Positions 1 through 9,428 of a stretch of 64,000 bases of DNA are shown here, piece after piece. Positions within the stretch are counted from its first letter, which is position 1. Each line of letters starts with the position of its first letter. The stretch is from Ginglymostoma cirratum (taxonomy: Eukaryota), in contig JAHRHZ010000267.1 of the NCBI GenBank assembly GCA_024137785.1, positions 22,251,644-22,315,643 on the forward strand, in the 5' to 3' direction. The notes under the pieces were generated by a model. The model ran no database searches, was not told the origin of the DNA, and was given only the letters and a program-made list of their open reading frames with translations. Position numbers and translations under genes: made by a program.

Positions 1-125
1 TATTTATTTCAGAACCCTCTTCCCCTCCCCCATTTCTGAAGAAGGGTTTAGGCCCGAAACGTCAAGTTTTCCTGCTCCTATGATGCTGCTTGACCTGCTG
101 TGTTCATCCAGCCCCATGCTTGTTA
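1..125 (+). mobile_element. Penelope-like element (PLE) pLTR/3' tail fragment, young family, cut by the window edge
   Basis: CTGAAGAAGGGTTTAGGCCCGAAACGTCAAGTTTTCCTGCTCCTATGATGCTGCTTGACCTGCTGTGTTCATCCAGCCCCATGCTTGTTA is nearly identical to the arms at 9215-9293, 15071-15160 and ~21477-21534. Confidence 0.8.
32..67 (+). ncRNA. Minimal type I hammerhead-ribozyme-like motif of the PLE
   Basis: ATTT-CTGAAGA-A-GGGTTTAGGCCC-GAAAC-GTC-AAGT: CUGANGA and GAAA core boxes, stem II GGG/CCC, palindromic ACGT stem III, GUC cleavage triplet, short stem I (ATTT/AAGT). One extra A follows the CUGANGA box. Confidence 0.6.
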
Positions 126-559
126 AAAATAAAATGCTTCTGAGGGCACATAGGTGGTACAATTGGCACTTCATTACAAACACAAGTCTATACTCATAAA
201 CGTATTGTTACTTTACATCATCCCCTGTCTGATTGACAGACATTATAACTGTGGCTGTAAGAATCAATCTACATAGGTTTTCTTGTCCTTATTGTCATCC
301 CATCTTATGACTCTATTTAAGGGATTGCTGTTCTTTCCCTAATATCTAGCATTGTGTAACATTGTTCAATGTCAGAACATTACATATTGGAAAGCCTCCA
401 AATGATTGAAAGGACTCACTTTAATGTAGAAATAGCAAAAGTGAAAAAAAAATAAATAAAAGCCACATTTGTTTCTGGGAATAGACAGTAGCTGCTTGCC
501 TTTTGAGCAACAACTAATTCACTGCTAATGAGTGAACACTGTCCTCAGCTCTTATCTAT

Positions 560-1340
560 TGGAATCAGGCATCAATGAAGTCCTGTCTGAACTGTCATTC
601 TTGATGCTGCACCGCTCGATCCTACTGAAGGTAATGTACCTCCTGCCTGATGGGAACTTTCCTGCTCAATTTTCTCATCTCTCAGCTCAGAACACTGCAG
701 CTGCTTTCCCCATTCTTCAGCATTCACCACATCGCTGGATTGCCTCCTGGTTGTGTAAAGTACAGCCGGCTAGGATTATGCAGCTTACTCTGTCTGCACT
801 ATAATGCACTGCATTTACCCTTGTCCTTAGTAATGGGGTTATGCACAGAGTCATCACCAATGTTTGCAGAGGGTAGACCTGACTCTCAGTACTCAGCCTT
901 ATAAGACATCAACCTTTGAAATAAATGAGAACATTGGAGCCCTCAAGAGTATAGACATCATGGCAGCTCCCAGGGTACCTGGCACAGACTTCTAGGATGT
1001 GGTACAATGATCACAGCTAAATTGTGCAGTGATGGAATGGAATCCTTTGCTCTGACAGTGCCATATCATAATGCAGCTGACCTCATCAATAGAAATGAGT
1101 GTATGGTCCGTAGTACCCTGCACTAGGGCCAAGCCAGCAGAGCCTGCTACCTAAACTGTAGTATTAACCTCGTCACAATGAAGCAATTTGATCTGTCAAA
1201 AATTGCATCACCAACAGCTTTGAAACATTCGTAGGTCAAAAGAGATCCCACATAGTCCCCAGTAAATCCTTGGAAGCAACCATTTGCAGAAAAAATTAGC
1301 ATAGTAATCACTTTGATGACCACAGGGATAGGATGGCCAC
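560..1340 (-). mobile_element. Harbinger/PIF DDE transposase (HARBI1-like) remnant, C-terminal part
   Basis: Minus-strand translations GHPIPVVIKVITMLIFSANGCFQGFTGD, KGFHSITAQFSCDH, VCARYPGSCHDVY and LHYSADRVSCIILAGCTLHN match HARBI1-family motifs in order; many stops and frameshifts. Confidence 0.85.
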
Positions 1341-1394
1341 TTTTAGAGGGAAAGTTTAGGTGTGACATGAGTTAACATATATTCCCACATGAAT

Positions 1395-2570
1395 TCTGGC
1401 TGGGATTAGAATAAGATTGAATCATAACGATGGATAAATATGAGAAATCTACCCCAAGGAACAAACTGTTACTACAACTTTACCTTCTTCATGATAGTTA
1501 ACTAGAACGAGACGAACTGGAGGATCAAATGGAGAGTTATCTTTATGAGAACAGATATGAACTTTTGAGATGTGAACGTGAAACTCAAGCTCAACATCAA
1601 GGCCCCGAAGAAGTGGAAGAAGTAGGAAGACCAGAATGCTGGAGGTCATCTAGAACGAAGACAAAATGAAGTCTTTTGCATCCACTGTCAGTGAGGGGAT
1701 GAGTAGATCATGATGTCAGGAGCTATCCCAGTGGTCTAATAGATCCATTTCAGAAAGTGGAACAGAAGGAAGTTTTAGAACTAGACAACATATTGTGTCC
1801 AGACAGATTCGGGTTGGAGATGGCGTGTAGTAACTAATCATGTTTCTGTTCTTGAGCCAAATGAACCTAGAGAACCTTCCCAGGAAGCTGTTGACTCTTC
1901 AGAGACTTTCGTCAGTGATCCCTCTGTAGCGGGTGCCAATCACTGACCATTATGTTAGACCTGCAAGTGAGAAGGGTGAGACCTGGTGAAAATACCGATA
2001 GAGATAGAACAGACGACAGGATCCAGTCATGACCCCAAACATCCGACAACACTGTTGTATATGAAAGTGAGCGGGGTGGGCTCAGGTACACATTTTCCCA
2101 CTCTGAACGAACATGGGTGTGAACTTAGGTCAGCACCGTTCACGTTCCTTTTTCCAGGATATCTGATTCAGGTCGTGGATAGGCCACCTTAGTTGACTGC
2201 CCAACAATGCTACGCCAAATAATGATGGGTGGGGATCTACGTTCATTAGTGGGCAGTGACAGTGATTCTGAATCTAGCAACAGGGGCCAAAATCAAGTAC
2301 AGGATATTTCTGAATTGTGAATCCCCAGGCATGGCTTCTGAAGGTGTAATAAGCAAGCAACAGACAGGGAATAACAGAATGGCAGTGAACTAGAGCTAGG
2401 AGAAGAGAAGGTCAGCAAAATCGAGGTTGACTTGGTCTTAAAGAAAGTGATACTTTGTGCATACTTAGACTTGCTCATTTCTTTCTGCTCAATGATGGAG
2501 AATGATCAGCCCAGGGGACTGACTAAAGAGCAGATTGACAATTTGTCCACCTGAAATGTGGGAGAAAATG
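1395..2570 (+). pseudogene. RLIM: Decayed fragment of an RLIM (RNF12)/RNF6-family E3 ubiquitin ligase, ending just before the RING domain
   Basis: Translations TIMLDLQVRRVRPGEN (~1946-1993), NTVVYESERGGLRYTFSHSER, TMLRQIM, TLCILRLAHFFLLND and DQPRGLTKEQIDNLST*NVGEN match RLIM/RNF6 motifs in the correct order; multiple stops and frameshifts. RLIM versus RNF6 is not fully resolved. Confidence 0.9.
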
Positions 2571-4215
2571 AGTATGTAGATATTCTAGGACATGTCGATA
2601 TCAGAAATGGATGTTGTGTTGGGTGTTTTGAAACACAATAAGGTAACAAAGTCCCCAGGACCTGATGGGATATATCCCTGAATGCTGAGGGAAGCATGTG
2701 AGGAAATTACTGGGACCTCATACAAAATATTCGTATCCTGTTTCGTCGCAGGAGAGGCAACAAAGGACTAGAGAATATCCAAATGTGTTCTTTTGTGTAA
2801 GAAGGGCAAACAGGGATAATCCAGGAAATTATGGGCTGGTGAGATTTATGTTAGTGGTGAAGAAGTTATTGGAGAAGATTCTTAAGGATGAGATTTATTC
2901 AATTTGGAACTATATGACTTATTAGCGATAGGCAGCATGGTTTTGTATGGAGAAGGTCGTGTCTCACAAAATTGATTGAGTTTTTTGAGGATGTGATAAA
3001 GGTAACTGATGTTGTCTATACGGACTTTAGCAAAGCCTTTAACAAGATCCCTCATGGCAGGCTAATACAAAAGGTGAAGTCACATGGGATCTGTGGTGAA
3101 CGAGTATGATGCATGTAGAACTGGCTTAGTCATTGAAGACAGAGTACCAGTGCTGGAAGAGTGTTTTTCAGATTAGAGATCTATGAACAATGGTGTTCCG
3201 CAAGGATCAGTGCTGGAACCCCTGTTGTTTGTAATATATATAAATGCTTTGGAGGAATATGTAGATTGTGTCTGATTAGTGATTTTGTGAACGACACAAA
3301 GATTAGGGGAGCTGTGGGTAGCACGGAGGGTTGCCAGAGGATACAGCAGGATTATAAGTAGACTGGAGACTTGGGCAGAGTTTAATCAAGACACGTGCAA
3401 AGTGATGCATTTTAGGAGATCTAATGTAGGAGGGAAGTATACAGTAAATGGCAGAATCCTTAATCAACATACAGAGGGATCTAGGTGTACAAGTCCACGG
3501 TTCGCTTAAAGTGGCAACACAAGTGGACAAGGTGGTTAAGAAGGCATATAGCATGCTTGTCTTCATCAGTCAGGGCATAGAGTATAGAAATTGGCAAGTT
3601 ATGTCGCAGCTGAATAGAACTTTAGTAAAGGCCGCATTTTGAACATTGTGCGCAGTTCTGGTCACCACACTACCAGAACGATGTGGAGGCTTTGGAGAGG
3701 GTGCAGAAACAATTTACGAGGGTGTTACTCGGTTTGGACAATATTAGTTATGAGGAAAGATTGGACAAATTTGGTGTGGTTTCGCTTGAACATCAGAGGA
3801 TGAGGGCAACCTGAGAAGTTTATAAAATTGCGAGAGGCATAGATAGGCAGAACCTTTGACTAGGGTGGAAATGTCAATTACTAGGGGACATAGGTTCAAG
3901 GTAAAATGGGGTAAGTTTAGAGGAGATATGAGAGGCAGGTTTTTTTTAAACACAGAGGGTGGAAAGTGCCTGGAATACACTGCCAGATGGGGTGGTGGAG
4001 TGAATACAATAGCAACATGCAAGAGGCATCTTGACAAATATATAAATAGGCAGGGAATAGAGGAATACAGATGGTGTAGAGACAAAACTTTCACTGTATT
4101 TTACTGCTTTTCTCACTGGAAAATATACAGGATAATAAAATCATTCATTCTTTCTATCAATGTGTTGCTGCAAGCTTCCTGGGCCAAAGGTCCTGTTCAT
4201 GTGCTATACATTTTG
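2571..4215 (+). mobile_element. CR1-clade LINE, 5'-truncated ORF2 RT region plus 3' end
   Basis: KSPGPDGIYP, DNPGNYGLV, DFSKAFNKIPH, SDFVNDTKI (FADD-equivalent), RDLGVQVHGSLKVATQVDKVVKKAY, TRGHRFKV; CR1-type tail GGGCCAAAGGTCCTGTT. Confidence 0.92.
4085..4155 (+). mobile_element. Short 3' tail of a different non-LTR family nested in the CR1 3' UTR
   Basis: TTTCACTGTATTTTACTG...AAAATATACAGGATAATAAAATCATTCATTC matches the reverse complement of 51062-51130. Confidence 0.6.
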
Positions 4216-4224
4216 TTGTAACAT

Positions 4225-5060
4225 CTGTCAAAGTTCTATATAGAATAGAAAACATTGGGGTGATTACGGGGAATTGTTATGTTAGATATCACAATTGCTG
4301 TCATAAACTGTAGAGATAGAAGGAAATATCATTAATACATGGCTAGAACAGATACAGAGTAGAGACTGCCACAGCAGTTTTGTGCACATTGCATATGTGA
4401 TGCAGAAGAGGAAACGTGCAGCTTCAATGCTACAATAAATTGTGCAATGAAAGCAATATGGGCTTGAGAAGTGCTGACCCATAATGCATACCTCGGCAAT
4501 GGGGGATATTATATTACCACATCATGGCAGAATCTTTCATACAGGGGCAATCAGTTGTGCCCCATAACCAATCATATTGTGTGCTTCAATCCAGAAATAC
4601 CAGAAAGAACGGGGAAAGTGGAATTAGTGGAAATATACAAGACAGAAACAGTTGACCTATTGCTCACAGAGAGTTTTGAAGATTAAAATCTTCCAGTACT
4701 TGAACAGGTATTCTTGTGAAATTTCCTTCCTACTGGAACACTCGACAATGATTCAGGAGCAGGCTCAAAGGGTACAAAAAACATATTTCGTCCTTCAGCA
4801 ATGTACTCGAGCCTTAAAGGACCACATTGATCAGATTGATACTTCAACACAGGTAGGAGGATTTGTGGAACTTGGGCTCAAACATACAAATACACCGATA
4901 GATCAAGATTATCTCCCATTGCCTTAGATTCATTTTCATTTATTCTTATTCAAGAAGCTAGTCAGATTAAAAGAAAAGCTAGTGACACAGGATAAGCGCT
5001 TAGCTACTGATGCAGCAAATGGACAGAATTTCTGTGAAAATGCAACATGGGTGAACCAGC
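4225..5060 (+). pseudogene. Env-like (viral fusion glycoprotein-like) C-terminal remnant of an LTR element
   Basis: KVLYRIENIGVITGNCYVRY; Cys-rich CAHCICDAEEETCSFNATINCAM with an N-glycosylation sequon; AYLGNGGYYITTSWQNLSY; heptad-like IQEQAQRVQKTYFVLQQCTRALKDHIDQI; Trp-rich *EDLWNLGSNIQIHR*IKIISHCL; basic tail; lies immediately upstream of a purine tract and an LTR-like end. Confidence 0.5.
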
Positions 5061-5139
5061 AATAATCCTGAAGCATTATTTGGAAATGAAATGTGAGGAT
5101 GACTCCGTCCCACACTGAGAAAAACAAGTCAAGGAGGGG

Positions 5140-5458
5140 TGCATAACACAGGCCTCAGAGTTGATATAGGATGGCACCTGGGAAGACGGGAAGTGATGAG
5201 ACCAGGGGGAGCTGGCACCTTGCCACCTTTGGATTGTGTGGAAAGCAAGATGTTTGTCTAAAACAGGCCATTTCAGAATTCGAATAATATACTGTCTACG
5301 TGACTTAAAATGTATGAATAGCTGATGAATCTCGTTAAGTTAGAGTGCTATCTCAGAATTTTTCCTGGGGTGGACAGTCCCATTGCTGGCACAGTAAACA
5401 ATCATTGACCTGTACCTTGAGACTACTGAGATTATTTAGTAAATAATCTGCCACAACA
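5140..5458 (+). mobile_element. Putative 3' LTR
   Basis: Purine tract AAGGAGGGG (5131-5139) followed by TG; ends in AACA directly before the TSD. Confidence 0.45.
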
Positions 5459-5720
5459 GCCACCGATCCTTCAGATTATATGTTCTGTTCCCTCAGGTGG
5501 TATAGTTCTGTGCCAGTGTCCCAGGACATCTACTATCTATGGCAACATTGAGCTTTGCTCACCTGGATGGAATGGCATTGAGAACAATAGACACTGGGCC
5601 TCCTGTACCTCCTGAGAGGAACTTCACCTTGTTCATGTGGAGGCTTTTCAGCAACTGCTGGAGGTAGCTTCTACTTCTGGACTTGCTGACACATCTGCTC
5701 CATTTCAAGTTCGCTAGGCT
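5459..5720 (-). mobile_element. Harbinger transposase remnant, N-terminal part
   Basis: Minus strand RRYRRPSVYCSQCHSIQVSKAQCCHR**MSWDTGTELYHLREQNI resembles the HARBI1-like N-terminus; continuous with 560-1340 once the insert is removed. Confidence 0.7.
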
Positions 5721-5907
5721 TTCATTGCATCATGGCCACAGTGATGATAATCTGTATTGTAGCTGGATCCATTGGTTACAATTCCAACAAGACATGTCCA
5801 TATGATTGAAGCCTGTGCCGTGTGTTTACCTTATAAGCTACTGCCATATGCTGTAGGTGTGACGTTGATGTAGCGTGGTGCCGTACAGCAAACATGTCCA
5901 TTTACTT

Positions 5908-6720
5908 AAACAAAAACAGAAATTGCTAGAGAAACTCAGCAGGTCTGGCAGCATCTGTGGAGAGAAACCAGAATCAATTACCCTCCTTCAGAACTGATTA
6001 TCATAGTGGAAAAAGATTTGCTGCGCTGAAAACAGCCCATGTGATGACAGGGTTCGGGCTTTGGGGATGGGTAAGGACATGGAAGGAAATGTTCAGACTC
6101 AGCACAAGCCAGAAGAACAGCATCTCACCTTCTGTTCAGGGATCCTGCAGCCATCTGGGCTCTATCAAGTTCAATAATTTTAGGGCATAAATACCTCCTT
6201 CCATGTCCTTTATCCACACCCACCTTCACCACACCCCCCCCCCCCCACCAGGTCCTATCACCAATATAAATACTACATTTACTTAGCTATTATCAGTCCC
6301 AAAGAAGGGTCACTGGGCTCAAAACTCTGTTTTCTTTCCGCAATTGCTGCCAGAAAATTTGTAAGCAGGCTAATTTGGCCCAAGAGTCCTCATCGACCCT
6401 CCGAAGAGCATCCCCCTATCCTATCCCTGTAACCCTGCATTACCCATGGCTAACCTACACATCCCTGAACACGGTGGGTAATTTAGCATGGCCAATCCAC
6501 CTAGCCTGCATTTTGGGACTGTGGGAGGAAACCAGAGCACCTGGTGGAAACCCACGCAGATACAAGGAGAACATGCAAACTCCACACAGACAGTCATTCC
6601 AGGGAGTAATCAACCCAGGTCCCTGGATCTGTGAGGCTGCAGTGCTCACCACTGAGCCACTGTGCCGCCCAGCAATTTCTGTCTTTGTTTCACATCCTCT
6701 GCAGTTGTTTGTTTTGTTTT
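5908..6720 (+). mobile_element. Older PLE insertion (inverted pLTR, ORF C-terminus, pLTR) interrupted by a SINE
   Basis: Inverted arm AAACAAAAACAGAAATTGCTAGAGAAACTCAGCAGGTCTGGCAGC; ORF end EEQHLTFCSGILQPSGL…FNNFRA*; degenerate hammerhead-like stretch near 6297-6327; tail resumes at 6670. Confidence 0.7.
6362..6670 (-). mobile_element. HE1-type (V-SINE) tRNA-derived SINE
   Basis: Minus strand GGGCGGCACAGTGGCTCAGTGG head, TGTGTGGAGTTTGCATGTTCTCC…GGTTTCCTCCCACAGTCC core, CR1-like tail. Confidence 0.92.
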
Positions 6721-8438
6721 ATGTCCAGTCGCTTGACTGATTGCTGCTGACAGCTGGGACAAGATGCCTGGCTTTGTGTTTACACTAAACAGCAAGGCCA
6801 GAAAGCTTTACTGTGAGATTTTAAGTTCTGAATGATGTGGCAACTCCCAAAAAGGCAATGCAAGTTATGACAGAGGTGCTATGAGCATCCCAGTAGATGC
6901 AAAGTGAATGAGTGCTAATACAACCCTGAGATGGATATCAGTCGAAAATGCATATCAATAAAATGTAATTAGATACTAATGGCATGTAAATGAATTCAAA
7001 TAAGCATCTTGTTAGACAGCTTCGTGTTTCACTATTCAAAACTTGGTTGCAGAATCAGCCTTTTACTTCCATGTTCAAAATCTCATTTCTTCTAATTCTG
7101 CCATATTTTCCCAACTGAGATTCCTTCCATAGTATTTCATGATTGAATTGACAAGGTGAGTGAAGGGATGTCAATCAACTGGTCGAATTCACTAGACAGT
7201 ATTTGCCATGATGCTGCCAGACAAATCTGATGATACTGACACACCTACTTAAAGCTGCATTTTTCAGGTCAATACAAACCCAAATGGAACATGCTCAGCT
7301 AATTCCACTTCACAGAGACTGCACTGGAAGCAACCGTTAAGGTTCACCCTATTTAGTCTTTGTCTCGGTTTCATTCCAATGTTATGATCACAGCTGATGT
7401 TGTTGTTAGTGGACAAGTCAGACGCCAGACTGAAATCTGGCTTTAAAAATCATAATTTACTATTTTCAATGAGGTGGTCTTTCACTGAAAAACAAGCGCA
7501 CAATGCTGTAAACGTGTTTTTAAAGTAAGATGCTTAAGTAGTACATATTCCAATAATTTATAATATAATAAGTTTATTGTGCAAAATAAAAGAAGATACA
7601 GTAGAATAATCCAAGCTATTTGAAAGATTTTGAACCACAAAATAAAAATGCAACCCCACCTATTCCAATATGGTCAATGACATTAAGTTACAATCCTTGG
7701 AGTTTTAGTGGGCTTTTGAGAGGGTATTTGTGCCTGATTGGGGCCTAGTCATCTGACCATGTCAGAAGGATATTTCGTGTGCCCTCAAAGCACAGATCAA
7801 TTTTGCATCCTGATCTCTAGTTATAAGCAAGGTGAGCTCCTCCTCAGAATGAAAGAAATCTGACAATTTCTCATCCTTAACATCTACTACAATGCAATCT
7901 CTAATTTACTCAGTCTTTAAGGCTCCATATCCACATTATCCCACCAGTCTGTAAAAATCAGTTAAAAACACCTCAATCAAATTGCCCTTTCGCTGAGACC
8001 ACTGATTGAAACTTGCACTTTCTGTTACTATATTGTGCTTTGGGCTAATGTATGAATCAAATACTTTGATGAACTCCTCAGAGTTGGTAGCACTTTCTTC
8101 AATGCTTCGTCTTACTATTATCTGCTATGGGATCTGTAGCATATAAAAGCATGGTGTCATGATATCCTGAATCTTACCATATTTTGACAAAGTGGCACGG
8201 AGAATTTCTTTTTGCGAGACCTAGTGTGTTATCTTGCACTATCATCCCAAACTTGCTCATTAACTACCTATCCATTCCCTATGGTGCTCCTCTTATTCGA
8301 TGAACTCAACATAGTTGTAGGTATTCACCACTGCCAGGATCCCTGCACCAGCACCGCCTACAAAAGCGAACTTTGATACCTGGTCAAGCACTGTCAGTCT
8401 GGAACTGCCCTGCACAGTTCATAACATTTGACCTGGAT

Positions 8439-9050
8439 ATGGCAGATAAGAGGAAATTGGTGCCCCACTTTGAGGACAGGGACCAAGATGTCCTGTTAGA
8501 TGGGTGATGGGGAGAAGCGATATCCTCTTCCCAATGGACTGGCAGAAGGTGACTGACATCAGATCCTGCTGGTCTGGTCAGAGGCTGCCACCGAGTCAGC
8601 ACAGTTTCAGCCAACTGGAGGTATGCCCAGCAGTTAATGACCTCCATTCCACCAAGGTAAGTATCAGCATCTTCTCTCTGCTGCTTCACATTCACTTTAT
8701 CTCTTCTACTACTACATACCCCTCCCACCAAGGTCCATGCCCTGTCACTCTCGCTATTGTCTGCAACATCTTCCCTCACTCCCTCTTATCCATCCAATTC
8801 TCTCACATATCCATCCAGTCCCTTCGTAACCATGCAGAGCCTCGGTGCTACCTCACCTCACCATCTTACCCCTGCCTGCACCAAAAATAACAGCTGTACC
8901 AATCACTTTCAGCTCACTCTATCCCTCCCTTTGTCACCTTCCAGGAGAAAACAGCCCACAATCAGGCAAAAAAAGTGGGTAGTGGGATGTCTGATATTCA
9001 GCTCCACACAAGGCGAGAGGATCCCTCCTGCCTCAAGTGGCTGCAAAACT
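8439..9050 (+). mobile_element. Harbinger accessory Myb/SANT-like gene remnant with intron
   Basis: MADKRKLVPHFEDRDQDVLLDG…ILFP…VNDLHSTK, donor GTAAGT at 8657, acceptor TTCCAG ending 8944, then EKTAHNQAKKVGSGMSDIQL. Confidence 0.7.
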
Positions 9051-9068
9051 GTGCCTAAACTCCTGGAC

Positions 9069-9293
9069 AGAGATAAAAGGTACTGCAGATGCTGGAGAAT
9101 CCGAGATAACAAGCATGGGGCTGGACGAATTCCTTAGAAGAGGCTTCGCAGTGGGGTTAAAATTGTATCAGAGATAAAAGGTACTGCAGATGCTGGAGAA
9201 TCTTTCCTTAGAAGAGGCCCGAAACGTCAAGTTTTCCTGCTCCTATGATGCTGCTTGACCTGCTGTGTTCGTCCAGCCCCATGCTTGTTATCT
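9069..9293. mobile_element. Young PLE inverted (hairpin) micro-insertion with 15-bp TSD
   Basis: TSD CCTAAACTCCTGGAC at 9054-9068 and 9294-9308; antisense and sense pLTR arms. Confidence 0.9.
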
Positions 9294-9387
9294 CCTAAAC
9301 TCCTGGACTGTTATTTACTGCACCAGGACACCCTGACTTAAATGAAAACTCTTCCCCTTTGACTTTGAAACATGGATATTTCCATGA

Positions 9388-9389
<2 letters not shown>

Positions 9390-9426
<37 letters not shown>
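9390..9426. repeat. (CA)18 microsatellite
   Basis: Uninterrupted CA run. Confidence 0.99.

Positions 9427-9428
<2 letters not shown>

Larger units (their letters stand above)
1341..5458 (+). mobile_element. Composite LTR-retroelement/ERV-like insertion bounded by 5-bp TSD GCCAC
   Basis: GCCAC at 1336-1340 and 5459-5463; insert ends ...ACAACA; removing it rejoins the Harbinger coding sequence (…SEG/GGHPIPVVIKV with a 1-nt frameshift). Confidence 0.65.

Noticed and set aside
560-1340. Host HARBI1 gene
   Set aside because: Multiple stops and frameshifts, split by an insertion; it is a transposon fossil
1341-1395. Intact 5' LTR paired with 5140-5458
   Set aside because: No convincing alignment by eye; only the TSD and the terminal AACA support an LTR origin
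1395-2570. Functional RLIM/RNF6 exon
   Set aside because: In-frame stops inside conserved motifs, frameshifts, and no RING domain found in the window
5459-9050. Harbinger nuclease (minus) and Myb gene (plus) as one intact two-gene element
   Set aside because: The orientation is compatible, but no shared TIRs or TSD were found and about 2.7 kb of mixed repeats intervene
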